Of a DNA stretch of 64,000 nt, positions 1 through 8,053 are shown piece after piece. Position 1 is the first letter of the stretch. Each line of letters opens with the position of its first letter. The stretch lies in assembly GCA_963663815.1 (NCBI GenBank), contig OY760734.1. The stretch is one strand, 5' to 3'. A model generated the notes under the pieces. The model did no database searches, was not told the DNA's origin, and saw only the letters and a list, made by a program, of their open reading frames with translations. The position numbers and the translations under genes were made by a program. This DNA comes from Vicinamibacterales bacterium (GTDB lineage: Bacteria; Acidobacteriota; Vicinamibacteria; Vicinamibacterales; UBA8438).

Positions 1-163
1 GGAGGGCCGCCCGGGGGAGCATGACACCGCCGGTCGATGCCGCGGCCCGGGCCGGCACGCCGGCGGGAAGCCCGGCCGGCGTCTGGGCGCGGCCCGGAGC
101 GGGGTGTACGCCCGTCAGCGCGAACGCCGCGAGCATCGTAACGACCAGTCGTCCTCTGCGCAT
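1..163 (-). CDS. 5' end of an exported/secreted protein gene running off the left edge (partial)
   Basis: Minus-strand ATG at 163-161 (AGGAG 6 nt upstream; alternative ATG at 169-167) opens MRRGRLVVTMLAAFALTGVHPAPGRAQTPAG..., a basic n-region plus hydrophobic core like a signal peptide. The frame stays open to position 1. It is absent from the ORF track because it is truncated by the window edge. Confidence 0.45.
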   Translation of the reverse strand, partial: MRRGRLVVTMLAAFALTGVHPAPGRAQTPAGLPAGVPARAAASTGGVMLPRAAL

Positions 164-446
164 CTGCATCTCCTGAGACGCCGAAACCGTCCGTCCGGCG
201 GTGCCGTCGGTGCGCGATGCCCTGGTCGGGGCGCCGCCTCCTGTACTAAGACGTTTGCGAACGGCTCAAGTTCTGATCGGCCGGTCCCGTGCGGATCGTT
301 CGGGAGCGCACCGTCCGGGAAGTGCGACGGACGGGGTCGTCGGCGACGGGCAGGGCGGGCGACCGCCGCCCCGCCCGTCGCCGGGAGCCCCGCGGCCGCC
401 GTGGCGACCCCCGCGGGCGAGACGGAGAGCGCGGCCGGCGCCTCGC

Positions 447-782
447 TCAGACCTCCGTCAACCGCACGACGTGGGTGATGGCCTGCGAGAGCCGCTCCCA
501 GTTCGCCGATTCCTGCCGCAGGTACCGCCGCCCGGGCGGCGTCAGCGCGTAGGTCTTCGCGCGCCGCCGGTTGCTCGTCTCCCGCCACTCCGCCGCTATC
601 CACCCCTGCTGCTCGAGCTTGTGGAGGGCGGGGTAGAGCGATCCGTCGCTGACCTGCAGCACCTCGCCGGAGACCTGCTTCAGGCGTCGGCCGAGGGTCC
701 ACCCGTTCAGCGGCTCGAGGTCGAGGATCTTCAGAATCAGCAGGTCGAGCGTTCCCTGCACCAGGTTCGAGGGCTTGGTCAT
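447..782 (-). CDS. PadR-family transcriptional regulator
   Basis: 111-aa ORF with the winged-helix PadR pattern: GTLDLLILKIL...G.LYPALHKLEQQGWI..W......R.KTYALTP.G. Confidence 0.85.
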   Translation of the reverse strand: MTKPSNLVQGTLDLLILKILDLEPLNGWTLGRRLKQVSGEVLQVSDGSLYPALHKLEQQGWIAAEWRETSNRRRAKTYALTPPGRRYLRQESANWERLSQAITHVVRLTEV

Positions 783-789
783 GTTTAGC

Positions 790-802
790 CTCGGTTACCG
801 AG
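790..802. promoter_or_regulatory. Palindrome CTCGGTtACCGAG, candidate PadR operator
   Basis: 6-bp arms around a 1-nt centre, 8 nt upstream of the padR ATG and overlapping its GAGG Shine-Dalgarno. Position only; no comparative support. Confidence 0.2.
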
Positions 803-988
803 TTTTCAAGGTAGCACGGCGCCTCCCCGCCGGCAAGGGCAGGATTCCGGAGGGGCGGAAGCGGCGAGACGGCGGGGGGGGCGAGGCGCCGGGGTTGTAT
901 ACTTCGAAGATACGTAGCGCTCGTTCGGCGCCGATCTCCTGTTCGCAAGGACCCGCCGGCCCGGCCCGCGGCGGCCGTCGCCACCGTC

Positions 989-1768
989 GTGATGCGCACG
1001 TTCAAGCTCACCGTGGCCTACGACGGCACCGCCTACGTCGGCTGGCAGCGGCAGGCGGCGGGGGCGTCGATTCAGGGACGTCTCGAGGCGGCCCTCGGAG
1101 ACCTCGGGGGAACCGGGGTCGCCGTCGTCGGCGCGGGGCGGACCGACGCCGGCGTCCACGCCCTCGGACAGGTGGCGGGCGTCCGCCTCGACGTCGGCAT
1201 CGATCCGGCGGCGCTGGCCCGCGCGGTGAACGCCCGGCTGCCCGAGGACATTCGCGTCGTCGACAGCGCGGTGGCCGCCGACGCGTTCCATGCCCGCTTC
1301 GACGCCGTCGCCAAGTCCTATCGCTACCGCCTGCTGCACGGCCCGGTGATGAGCCCTTTCCTCCGGCGGTACGCCTGGCACGTGCGCGAGCGGCTCGACG
1401 CGGCGGCAATGACCGAGGCGGGCCGGATGCTCGTCGGCGAGCACGACTTCGCCGCGTTCCAGGCCGCCGGCAGCGCGGTGCGCACCACCGTGCGCACGTT
1501 GTTCGACCTGACGGTCGGCCGGGCCGCCCCCGGCGCGTGGGCCGGCGCCGACGCCGGGGGCGCGGAGATGACCGTCATCGAGGTGCGGGGCAGCGGCTTT
1601 CTCCGCCACATGGTCAGGACCATCGTGGGGACCCTCGTCGAGGTCGGCCGGGGCCGGTGGGGCCCGGCCGAGGTCGAACGGGCCCTGCGGGCCGCGGACC
1701 GCAACGCGGCGGGGCCGACGGCGCCGCCGCGGGGCCTGTTCCTGACCGGGGTCGCGTACCCGCGGTGA
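989..1768 (+). CDS. truA: tRNA pseudouridine(38-40) synthase TruA
   Basis: 259 aa. N-terminal KLTVAYDGT.Y.GWQRQ and the catalytic-Asp motif GAGRTDAGVHA. Confidence 0.9.
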   Translation: MMRTFKLTVAYDGTAYVGWQRQAAGASIQGRLEAALGDLGGTGVAVVGAGRTDAGVHALGQVAGVRLDVGIDPAALARAVNARLPEDIRVVDSAVAADAFHARFDAVAKSYRYRLLHGPVMSPFLRRYAWHVRERLDAAAMTEAGRMLVGEHDFAAFQAAGSAVRTTVRTLFDLTVGRAAPGAWAGADAGGAEMTVIEVRGSGFLRHMVRTIVGTLVEVGRGRWGPAEVERALRAADRNAAGPTAPPRGLFLTGVAYPR

Positions 1769-1879
1769 CCGCGACCCGGAGGCGCCCGCCGTCTTGAAGG
1801 AGACGCGGGCGGTTCGTATCATCAAGGCTGAGCCGTCAGTGGCCCGTGGATCGCGGGCCCTGCGCTCGACGACACGCGG

Positions 1880-2665
1880 ATGAGTCTCGAAGACCTGCTG
1901 ACCTGGGCCCCGGCCGGCTCGCATGAAGCGGCGCTCGCCCGGCAGGTCGACTTCGGCCGCCTGCCGGCGCACGTCGCCGTCATCATGGACGGCAACGGGC
2001 GGTGGGCGGCCCGGCGGCACCTGCCTCGGGCCGAGGGCCACCGGGCGGGCATCGACTCGGTCCGGGACGTGGTGGAGGCGTCCGCCCGGCTCGGTATTCG
2101 GGTTCTGACCCTCTATGCGTTCTCGGTCGAGAACTGGAAGCGGCCCCCCGCCGAGGTGTCGGTGCTGATGGCGTTGCTGAAGAAGTACTTGTGGCTCGAG
2201 CTCGAGAGGCTCCACGACAACGACATCCGCCTTCGCGTCATCGGCTGCGAGGACAAGCTGCCGGCCGACGTCCGGCGCGAGCTCGACGCGGGCCGGGAGC
2301 GCACCCGCGGCAACCGCGGCATGCTGTTCAACATCGCCCTCAACTACGGCGGGCGGGCCGAGATCGTCGAGGCGGCGCGGCGGGCCATCGAGAACGCCGT
2401 CCGTCCGTCCGACCTCGACGAGGGGCGCTTCGCCGAGCTGCTTTACACGGCCGGGCAGCCGGACCCCGATCTGCTCATCCGCACCAGCGGCGAGATGCGG
2501 GTCAGCAACTTCCTGCTGTGGCAGATCGCGTACTCGGAGATCTGGGTCACCGACACGCTGTGGCCCGACTTCCGGGCGCGGCACCTGCTCGAGGCGATCG
2601 TCGGCTACCAGAAGCGCGACCGGCGCTACGGCGGGATCACCCGGCCGGTGGCGGCCGGCGGGTAG
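1880..2665 (+). CDS. uppS: Undecaprenyl-diphosphate synthase (cis-prenyltransferase)
   Basis: 261 aa with the IMDGNGRWA motif, LTLYAFS.ENW.R and RTSGE.R.SNFLLWQ.AYSE. Confidence 0.92.
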   Translation: MSLEDLLTWAPAGSHEAALARQVDFGRLPAHVAVIMDGNGRWAARRHLPRAEGHRAGIDSVRDVVEASARLGIRVLTLYAFSVENWKRPPAEVSVLMALLKKYLWLELERLHDNDIRLRVIGCEDKLPADVRRELDAGRERTRGNRGMLFNIALNYGGRAEIVEAARRAIENAVRPSDLDEGRFAELLYTAGQPDPDLLIRTSGEMRVSNFLLWQIAYSEIWVTDTLWPDFRARHLLEAIVGYQKRDRRYGGITRPVAAGG

Positions 2666-2726
2666 AGCCGCAGCCGATGACTTTCCCCGGATCGGACCCG
2701 AGCAGTCCGGCGAGAGCGTTCGCGGA

Positions 2727-3521
2727 ATGAAGCGCATCCTGAGCGCCCTGACGCTGCTGCCGGTGGTGGTCGCGGTCATCCGGTTCCTGCCGCCGGCGGC
2801 CACCGTGGCGCTGGCGTCGGTGGCGGCGTTGCTGGCGTTGCACGAGTACGCCGGGCTCGCCGCCGCCTTCGGCGCCCGGGTGTTCCGCGGGGTGGCGGCC
2901 GCCGGCGTCGTCGCCACCGTGGCCGGCGTGGCGTACGGCGCCGCGGCGGCCGTGCTGCTGGCCGCGCTGCTCGCCGTCGGCGCGATGAGCCTGTGGGCGG
3001 GGCGCGGCGACCGGGTGCTCGGCGACGCCGCCGCGTCGGCGTTTCCGTTGCTGTACATCGGCCTCCCGCTGGGGGCGGTCGCGGCCGTGAGCACGTCGGC
3101 CGGGCCGCTGGCCGTCCTCTTCCTGCTCGGGTTGATCGTGGCCAGCGACACCGCGCAGTACTACGGGGGGCGGTGGTTCGGGCGCACGCCCCTGGCCCCC
3201 GCCGTCAGTCCCGGCAAGACGGTCGAGGGGGCCCTGTTCGGGCTGGCCGCGGGGGCCGGGGTGATGGCCGCGGCGGGCTTTTTCGCGCACGCGGCGTTGA
3301 GCCACCGGCCGGCGCTCGGCGCGCTCCTCGGCCTGGTCATCGCCGGCCTGGGCATCGCCGGCGACCTCTTCGAGTCGCAGCTCAAGCGCGGCGCGGGCGT
3401 CAAGGACGCCTCGGCCCTCATTCCCGGCCACGGCGGGATGCTCGATCGCATCGACAGCCTGCTGTTCGCCGGACCGGGCTTCTACCTGATGCTGCAGCTC
3501 CTCTGCCGGGTGTACCGGTGA
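2727..3521 (+). CDS. cdsA: Phosphatidate cytidylyltransferase
   Basis: 264-aa multi-TM protein with the C-terminal signature FESQLKRGAGVKDASALIPGHGGMLDRIDS. Confidence 0.9.
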   Translation: MKRILSALTLLPVVVAVIRFLPPAATVALASVAALLALHEYAGLAAAFGARVFRGVAAAGVVATVAGVAYGAAAAVLLAALLAVGAMSLWAGRGDRVLGDAAASAFPLLYIGLPLGAVAAVSTSAGPLAVLFLLGLIVASDTAQYYGGRWFGRTPLAPAVSPGKTVEGALFGLAAGAGVMAAAGFFAHAALSHRPALGALLGLVIAGLGIAGDLFESQLKRGAGVKDASALIPGHGGMLDRIDSLLFAGPGFYLMLQLLCRVYR

Positions 3522-3573
3522 TGCACGTCCGCGGCGGCGTCCGCCGCCCGCGGGGGAAGGCGGAGCGGCACGC

Positions 3574-4755
3574 GTGAGACGCATCGCGATTCTCGGCTCG
3601 ACCGGCTCCATCGGCGTCAGCGCGCTGTCGGTGGCGGCGGCGCATCCCGATCGGATAGAGGTCGTCGGTCTTGCGGCCGGCGCCAACGCGTCCCGGCTCG
3701 CCGAGCAGGTCGAACGCCATCGGCCGCGGTTGGTCTCGACCGCCGCCGACGCGGGGCTGGACGCGGTGCAGGCGGCGCTGCCGGCGCCGGTCCGGGCGGG
3801 TATCGAGCACGCGGCCACGGGCGCCGAGGGGCTGCGCGCGGTAGCCACCCATCCCGCCGTCGACCTCGTGCTGATCGCGACCACCGGGACCACCGCCCTC
3901 GACGCGGTGCTCGCGGCGATCGAGGCGGGGAAGACCATCGCCCTGGCCAACAAGGAGGTCCTGGTGATGGCCGGCGGCCTCGTCATGGCCGCGGCCCGCC
4001 GGCGCGGGGTCGCGGTGCTGCCGGTCGACAGCGAGCACAACGCCATCCACCAGTGCCTCCACGGGCGCTCCCCCGGCGAGGTCCGGCGGCTGCTGCTGAC
4101 CGCCTCCGGAGGTCCGTTCCGGGGCTGGGCGGCCGAGCGGCTGGACGGCGTGCGGCCGGCCGACGCCCTCGCCCACCCGACCTGGCGCATGGGCCGCAAG
4201 ATCACCGTCGACTCGGCGACGTTGATGAACAAGGGCCTCGAGGTCATCGAGGCCCGGTGGCTGTTCGACACGCCGGCCGACCGCATCGACGTGGTCGTGC
4301 ACCCGCAGTCGGTGGTGCATTCGCTGGTCGAGCTCCGCGACGGGTCGGTGATCGCCCAGATGGGGGTCACCGACATGCGGCTGCCCATCCAGTACGCGTT
4401 TTCGTACCCCGACCGGTGGGACAGCCCCCTGCCGCCGCTCGATCTCGCCGCCTGCGGCCGCCTCGAGTTCGCCCCGCCGGACCTCGAACGGTTCCCGTGC
4501 CTGGGGCTCGCCTACCGGGCGTTGCGCGGCGGGCCGGCCCTGCCCGTCGCCCTCAACGCCGCCAACGAGGCCGCGGTCGAGGCGTTCCTCGCCGAGCGGC
4601 TCGCGTTCACCGCGATTCCCGCCGTCATCGCGGGGGCCCTCGACGACGCGGAGGCGGCGTCGGACCCGGCGACCCTCGACGAGGTGCGGCGCGTGCACGG
4701 ACGCGCCGTCCGGTATTCCCGCCGCCGCATCACCGAGTTACAATCGAAACGATGA
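3574..4755 (+). CDS. dxr: 1-deoxy-D-xylulose-5-phosphate reductoisomerase
   Basis: 393 aa with a GTG start behind GGAAGGCGGAG. IAILGSTGSIG NADPH-binding N-terminus, LANKE, and the HP.W.MG.KITVDSAT.MNKGLE block. Overlaps rseP in an ATGA junction. Confidence 0.93.
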   Translation: MRRIAILGSTGSIGVSALSVAAAHPDRIEVVGLAAGANASRLAEQVERHRPRLVSTAADAGLDAVQAALPAPVRAGIEHAATGAEGLRAVATHPAVDLVLIATTGTTALDAVLAAIEAGKTIALANKEVLVMAGGLVMAAARRRGVAVLPVDSEHNAIHQCLHGRSPGEVRRLLLTASGGPFRGWAAERLDGVRPADALAHPTWRMGRKITVDSATLMNKGLEVIEARWLFDTPADRIDVVVHPQSVVHSLVELRDGSVIAQMGVTDMRLPIQYAFSYPDRWDSPLPPLDLAACGRLEFAPPDLERFPCLGLAYRALRGGPALPVALNAANEAAVEAFLAERLAFTAIPAVIAGALDDAEAASDPATLDEVRRVHGRAVRYSRRRITELQSKR

Positions 4756-6071
4756 CCACTCTCCTCGCGTTCCTGTTCGTCCTCGGGGTGCTCGTCTTCG
4801 TGCACGAGCTGGGGCACTTTCTCGTCGCCCGGCATCACGGCGTCCGTGTCCTGACGTTCTCGCTCGGGTTCGGCCCGAAGATCCTGCAGACGAAGCGGGG
4901 CGACACGGTCTACTGCGTCAGCGCCATACCCCTCGGCGGCTACGTGAAGATGGCCGGCGAGACGGTCGAGGACAAGCGCGAGGGCCGGGACGACGAGTTC
5001 CTGTCCAAGACCAAGTGGCAGCGCTTCCAGGTCCTGATCGCCGGGCCCGCGATGAACGTCGTGCTCGCGGTGGTGGTCATGACCGTCGTGCTCCTGCAGG
5101 GGGCCCGGGTCCCCCTCTACGAGGAGGGGCCGCCGGTCATCGGGTCGGTGGCCGAGGACTCTCCCGCCGAAGACGCCGGCATGCTCCCCGGCGATCGCAT
5201 CCTGACCGTGGCGGGGCGGCCCGTCGACACGTGGGAAGAGCTGGTGCTCGCCGTCGTGGAGCGTCCGGACCGCGAGGTCGAGGTGTCGCTGCGGCGCGAC
5301 GGAGAGGTCCGGCGGCTGCGGGTGACCCCGGTGGGCCAGGGCAGGTACAACCTGGGCGATCTCGGCGTCGGACCCGATGTCTCGCCGGTGGTGGTCGCGT
5401 GGTCGTCGCAGGCCACCGCCGCCCGCGACGCCGGCATCGAGGTCGGCGACGCGATCGTGGCCGTCGATGGCCGGAGAGTCCAGCAGGAGTCGTTGATCGA
5501 AGCGATCAACGCCAGCGACGGCGCGCCCCTGACGCTCCAGGTTCGCCGCGGCGGCGAGAGCCGGGAGATCACCCTGGCCCCGGAGCAGGTCGGCGACGCG
5601 TGGATGATCGGGATCTCGTTCAGCCCGTTCGAGACGCGCGTCGTCGAGCCGGGGCTGTTCGAGGCGTTCACGCTCAGCCTCGAGCAGAACCTCGAATGGT
5701 CGCAGCTCATCTTCCGGACCCTGTGGGGGCTGCTGACGCGGGAGACCCCGGCGTCGCAGCTCGTGGGGCCGGTGGGCATCGCCCAGCTCTCCGGCGACGC
5801 GGCCCGGTTCGGCTGGGTGACGCTGTTCCAGCTGATGGCGATGATCAGCCTCAATCTCGGCATTCTGAACCTCCTGCCGATCCCGATCCTCGACGGCGGC
5901 CACATCACCGTCCTCGCGCTCGAGGGCATCGCCCGCCGGGAGTTCAGCGTGCGGTTGAAGGAACGGATGCTCCTCGCGGGCTTCGTGGTCCTCATGACCC
6001 TGATGGTGACGGTGATCTACAACGACCTGACACGCGTCGCGTGGATCGAGCGCCTGATGATCTGGCGCTAG
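4752..6071 (+). CDS. rseP: RIP zinc metalloprotease RseP (site-2 protease)
   Basis: ATG at 4752 inside the 4053..6071 frame. HELGHF (HExxH) in the first TM segment, PDZ-like middle part, and NLLPIPILDGGH near the C-terminus. The stop TAG (6069-6071) lies inside the repeat at 6068-6155. Confidence 0.9.
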   Translation: MTTLLAFLFVLGVLVFVHELGHFLVARHHGVRVLTFSLGFGPKILQTKRGDTVYCVSAIPLGGYVKMAGETVEDKREGRDDEFLSKTKWQRFQVLIAGPAMNVVLAVVVMTVVLLQGARVPLYEEGPPVIGSVAEDSPAEDAGMLPGDRILTVAGRPVDTWEELVLAVVERPDREVEVSLRRDGEVRRLRVTPVGQGRYNLGDLGVGPDVSPVVVAWSSQATAARDAGIEVGDAIVAVDGRRVQQESLIEAINASDGAPLTLQVRRGGESREITLAPEQVGDAWMIGISFSPFETRVVEPGLFEAFTLSLEQNLEWSQLIFRTLWGLLTRETPASQLVGPVGIAQLSGDAARFGWVTLFQLMAMISLNLGILNLLPIPILDGGHITVLALEGIARREFSVRLKERMLLAGFVVLMTLMVTVIYNDLTRVAWIERLMIWR

Positions 6072-6155
6072 GAGTCTGCGCCGTAGAACGGTGCAGACTC
6101 CTAGCAGGGTTGGTTGGGCGGCAATCGGAGCCGTAGGCGACGATTTCCGGGCTAG
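6068..6155 (+). repeat. Family-1 88-bp two-hairpin 'CTAG' repeat, copy 1
   Basis: CTAGGAGTCTGCGCCGTAGAACGGTGCAGACTCCTAGCAGGGTTGGTTGGGCGGCAATCGGAGCCGTAGGCGACGATTTCCGGGCTAG. It has a 17-bp-stem hairpin plus a second 8-bp-stem hairpin. Homologous copies lie at 15699, 19184 and 34665. Confidence 0.9.
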
Positions 6156-6276
6156 CAGCACGCGCGGCCGGGCCGCCTATCGGCTTCTTCCGCCTGACGA
6201 GTCCGCACCCACCCCCGTCGGCGCTCCCGTCGCGCCGCCGTCCGCGACCATCCGACTGCCGCGAAGTGGAGCCCCC

Positions 6277-7779
6277 GTGTCGAGCCCGATCCGGACAGGA
6301 CCCGTGACGGCCGGGCCCGGGCCGAGGGCCGGGCCGGGGACGGCGCTGCGGGCGCTCCGCCGCGAGCTGCCTCCGACCGTTGGCCTCGCCGCGCCGATCG
6401 TGATGGCCGAGCTCGGGTGGATCGCGATGGGCATCGTCGACATCGCGATGGTCGGCCGCCTGGGGCCGGCCGCCATCGGGGCGGTGGGCGTGGGCAGCGT
6501 CCTCTGCTTCGCGGTGGTGGTGTTCGGCATCGGCATGCTGCTGGGGCTCGACCCCCTGGTGGCGCGGGCCCACGGCCGGCGGCGCCTCGACGCGTGCCGG
6601 CGGTGGCTCGTCCACGGGGCCGGCCTCGCGGTGGCCCTGGCCGCGCCGCTGACCCTCGCGGCCGGCGTGGTGGCCGCGACCCTCGACGCGTGGGGCATGG
6701 ACCCCGAGGTCCAACGGCTCGCCGGGCCCTACTTCGCGATCGTCCTGTGGAGCGTGCTGCCGCTGCTGCTCTACACCGCGTTCCGCCGCTACCTGCAGGC
6801 CATCGGCCTCGCCACCCGGGTCACGGCGGCCCTGATCAGCGCGAACGCCATCAACGCCGCCGCCAACTGGCTGCTCATCTTCGGCAACCTCGGCCTGCCC
6901 GCCCTCGGCGTCGACGGCGCGGCCTGGGCCACGGTCATCTCGCGCGCGTACCTGGCCGTGTTCCTCGCGGCGGCGATCCTGCGCCACGAGCGCCGCGCCG
7001 CCGCCCCCTGGCCGCGGCTGCGCTTCGAGCGCCGCCGCCTTCGCCGCCTCCTCGCGATCGGCCTGCCGGCGGCGGGGCAGGTGACCCTCGAGTTCGGGGT
7101 GTTCGCGGTCGTCACCGCCCTCGCGGGCCGCCTCGAGGCGGCCACCCTGGCCGCGCACCAGATCGTCCTCAACGTCGCCAGCGCGACGTTCATGGTGCCG
7201 CTGGGCGTGGGCGCGGCCGGCGCGGTCCGGGTGGGGCACGCGGTCGGCCGGCGCGACCCGTCCGGGGCCCGGCGGGCGGGCTGGGCCGCCCTCGCCCTCG
7301 GCGGGGGCTTCATGAGCATCGCCGCCCTGTTCTTCGTGCTCGCGCCGCATCCCATCCTGCGGCTGTTCACCACCGACCCGGCGGTGACCCGGGCCGGCGT
7401 GACGCTACTGCTCGTCGCCGCGGTCTTCCAGCTCTTCGACGGGCTGCAGGCGGTGGCGACGGGGGCGCTCCGGGGGCTGGGCGACACGCGGACGCCGCTG
7501 GTGTGCAACCTCGCCGGTCACTGGCTCATCGGCCTGCCGGTCGGCTACGTGCTCTGCTTCGTCGCGGGCTGGGGCATCGTCGGCCTGTGGGTGGGGTTGT
7601 CGATCGGGCTCGTCCTCGTGGGGGCGGCCCTCGTGGCGGCGTGGTGGTGGGCGACCGGCCCGCGCGGCGGCGCGGCGGCGCGCGACCGGCCCGCGGCGCT
7701 CGGAGCACCCGCTCTCGAATCGCCTGGGCCAGCCCCGTCTCGTCGTGCCCGGCCGTCAGCGGCCACCCGCGGCGCTTGA
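6277..7779 (+). CDS. MATE-family efflux transporter
   Basis: Polytopic protein with a typical MATE N-terminus (LRRELPPTVGLAAPIVMAELGWIAMGIVDIAMVGRLG) and a GALRGLGDTRTP motif. The start is uncertain: GTG 6277 sits behind GGAG, GTG 6304 is an alternative, and the ORF-track start at 6091 lies inside a repeat. The last ~25 codons run into the 117-bp tandem repeat. Confidence 0.8.
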   Translation: MSSPIRTGPVTAGPGPRAGPGTALRALRRELPPTVGLAAPIVMAELGWIAMGIVDIAMVGRLGPAAIGAVGVGSVLCFAVVVFGIGMLLGLDPLVARAHGRRRLDACRRWLVHGAGLAVALAAPLTLAAGVVAATLDAWGMDPEVQRLAGPYFAIVLWSVLPLLLYTAFRRYLQAIGLATRVTAALISANAINAAANWLLIFGNLGLPALGVDGAAWATVISRAYLAVFLAAAILRHERRAAAPWPRLRFERRRLRRLLAIGLPAAGQVTLEFGVFAVVTALAGRLEAATLAAHQIVLNVASATFMVPLGVGAAGAVRVGHAVGRRDPSGARRAGWAALALGGGFMSIAALFFVLAPHPILRLFTTDPAVTRAGVTLLLVAAVFQLFDGLQAVATGALRGLGDTRTPLVCNLAGHWLIGLPVGYVLCFVAGWGIVGLWVGLSIGLVLVGAALVAAWWWATGPRGGAAARDRPAALGAPALESPGPAPSRRARPSAATRGA

Positions 7780-8053
7780 GCTCGTCCGCCGCGTTGCCCG
7801 TGACCGGCCCGGGCATTCAGAGCACCCGCTCTCGAATCGCCTGGGCCGGCCCCGTCTCGTCGTGACCGCCCGTCAGCGGCCACCCCCGGCGCCTGAGCTC
7901 GGCCGCCGCGTTGCCCGTGACCGGCCCGGGCATTCAGAGCACTCGCTCCCGAATCGCCTGGGCCAGCCCCGCCTCGTCGTGACCGCCCGTCAGGGGCCAC
8001 CCGCAGCGCTTGAGCTCGGCCACCGCGTTGCCCATGACGACGGGGTGCCCGGC
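7703..8053. repeat. 117-bp tandem repeat x3 built from the 3' end of the HAD phosphatase gene
   Basis: Units at 7703-7819, 7820-7936 and 7937-8053 (the last is the real gene end). Each carries the last ~38 codons plus the TGA stop on the minus strand. The copies differ at roughly 10% of positions. Confidence 0.9.

Noticed and set aside
343-381. An imperfect GC hairpin downstream of padR, considered as a terminator.
   Set aside because: The stem is interrupted and there is no U-tract. In DNA this GC-rich, such hairpins arise frequently by chance.
806-3151. Long antisense ORFs opposite truA/uppS/cdsA, and similar ones at 2637-4388, 25295-27580, 28437-30476, 47760-50498, 57849-59771 and others.
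   Set aside because: These are open frames typical of GC-rich DNA, with low-complexity Arg/Pro/Gly/Ala translations. Each lies opposite a gene with strong family motifs.
6091-6276. The N-terminal 62 codons of the MATE ORF as given in the ORF track.
   Set aside because: This stretch is translated from the family-1 repeat and the spacer. MATE homology starts near residue 85, so a GTG at 6277 or 6304 with a Shine-Dalgarno is more plausible.
7703-8053. The 117-bp repeats as a diversity-generating retroelement (TR/VR pair).
   Set aside because: Differences between copies are not confined to adenine positions (T-C, C-G and G-A changes occur). There are three head-to-tail copies rather than a separated TR/VR. 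No reverse transcriptase gene is nearby.
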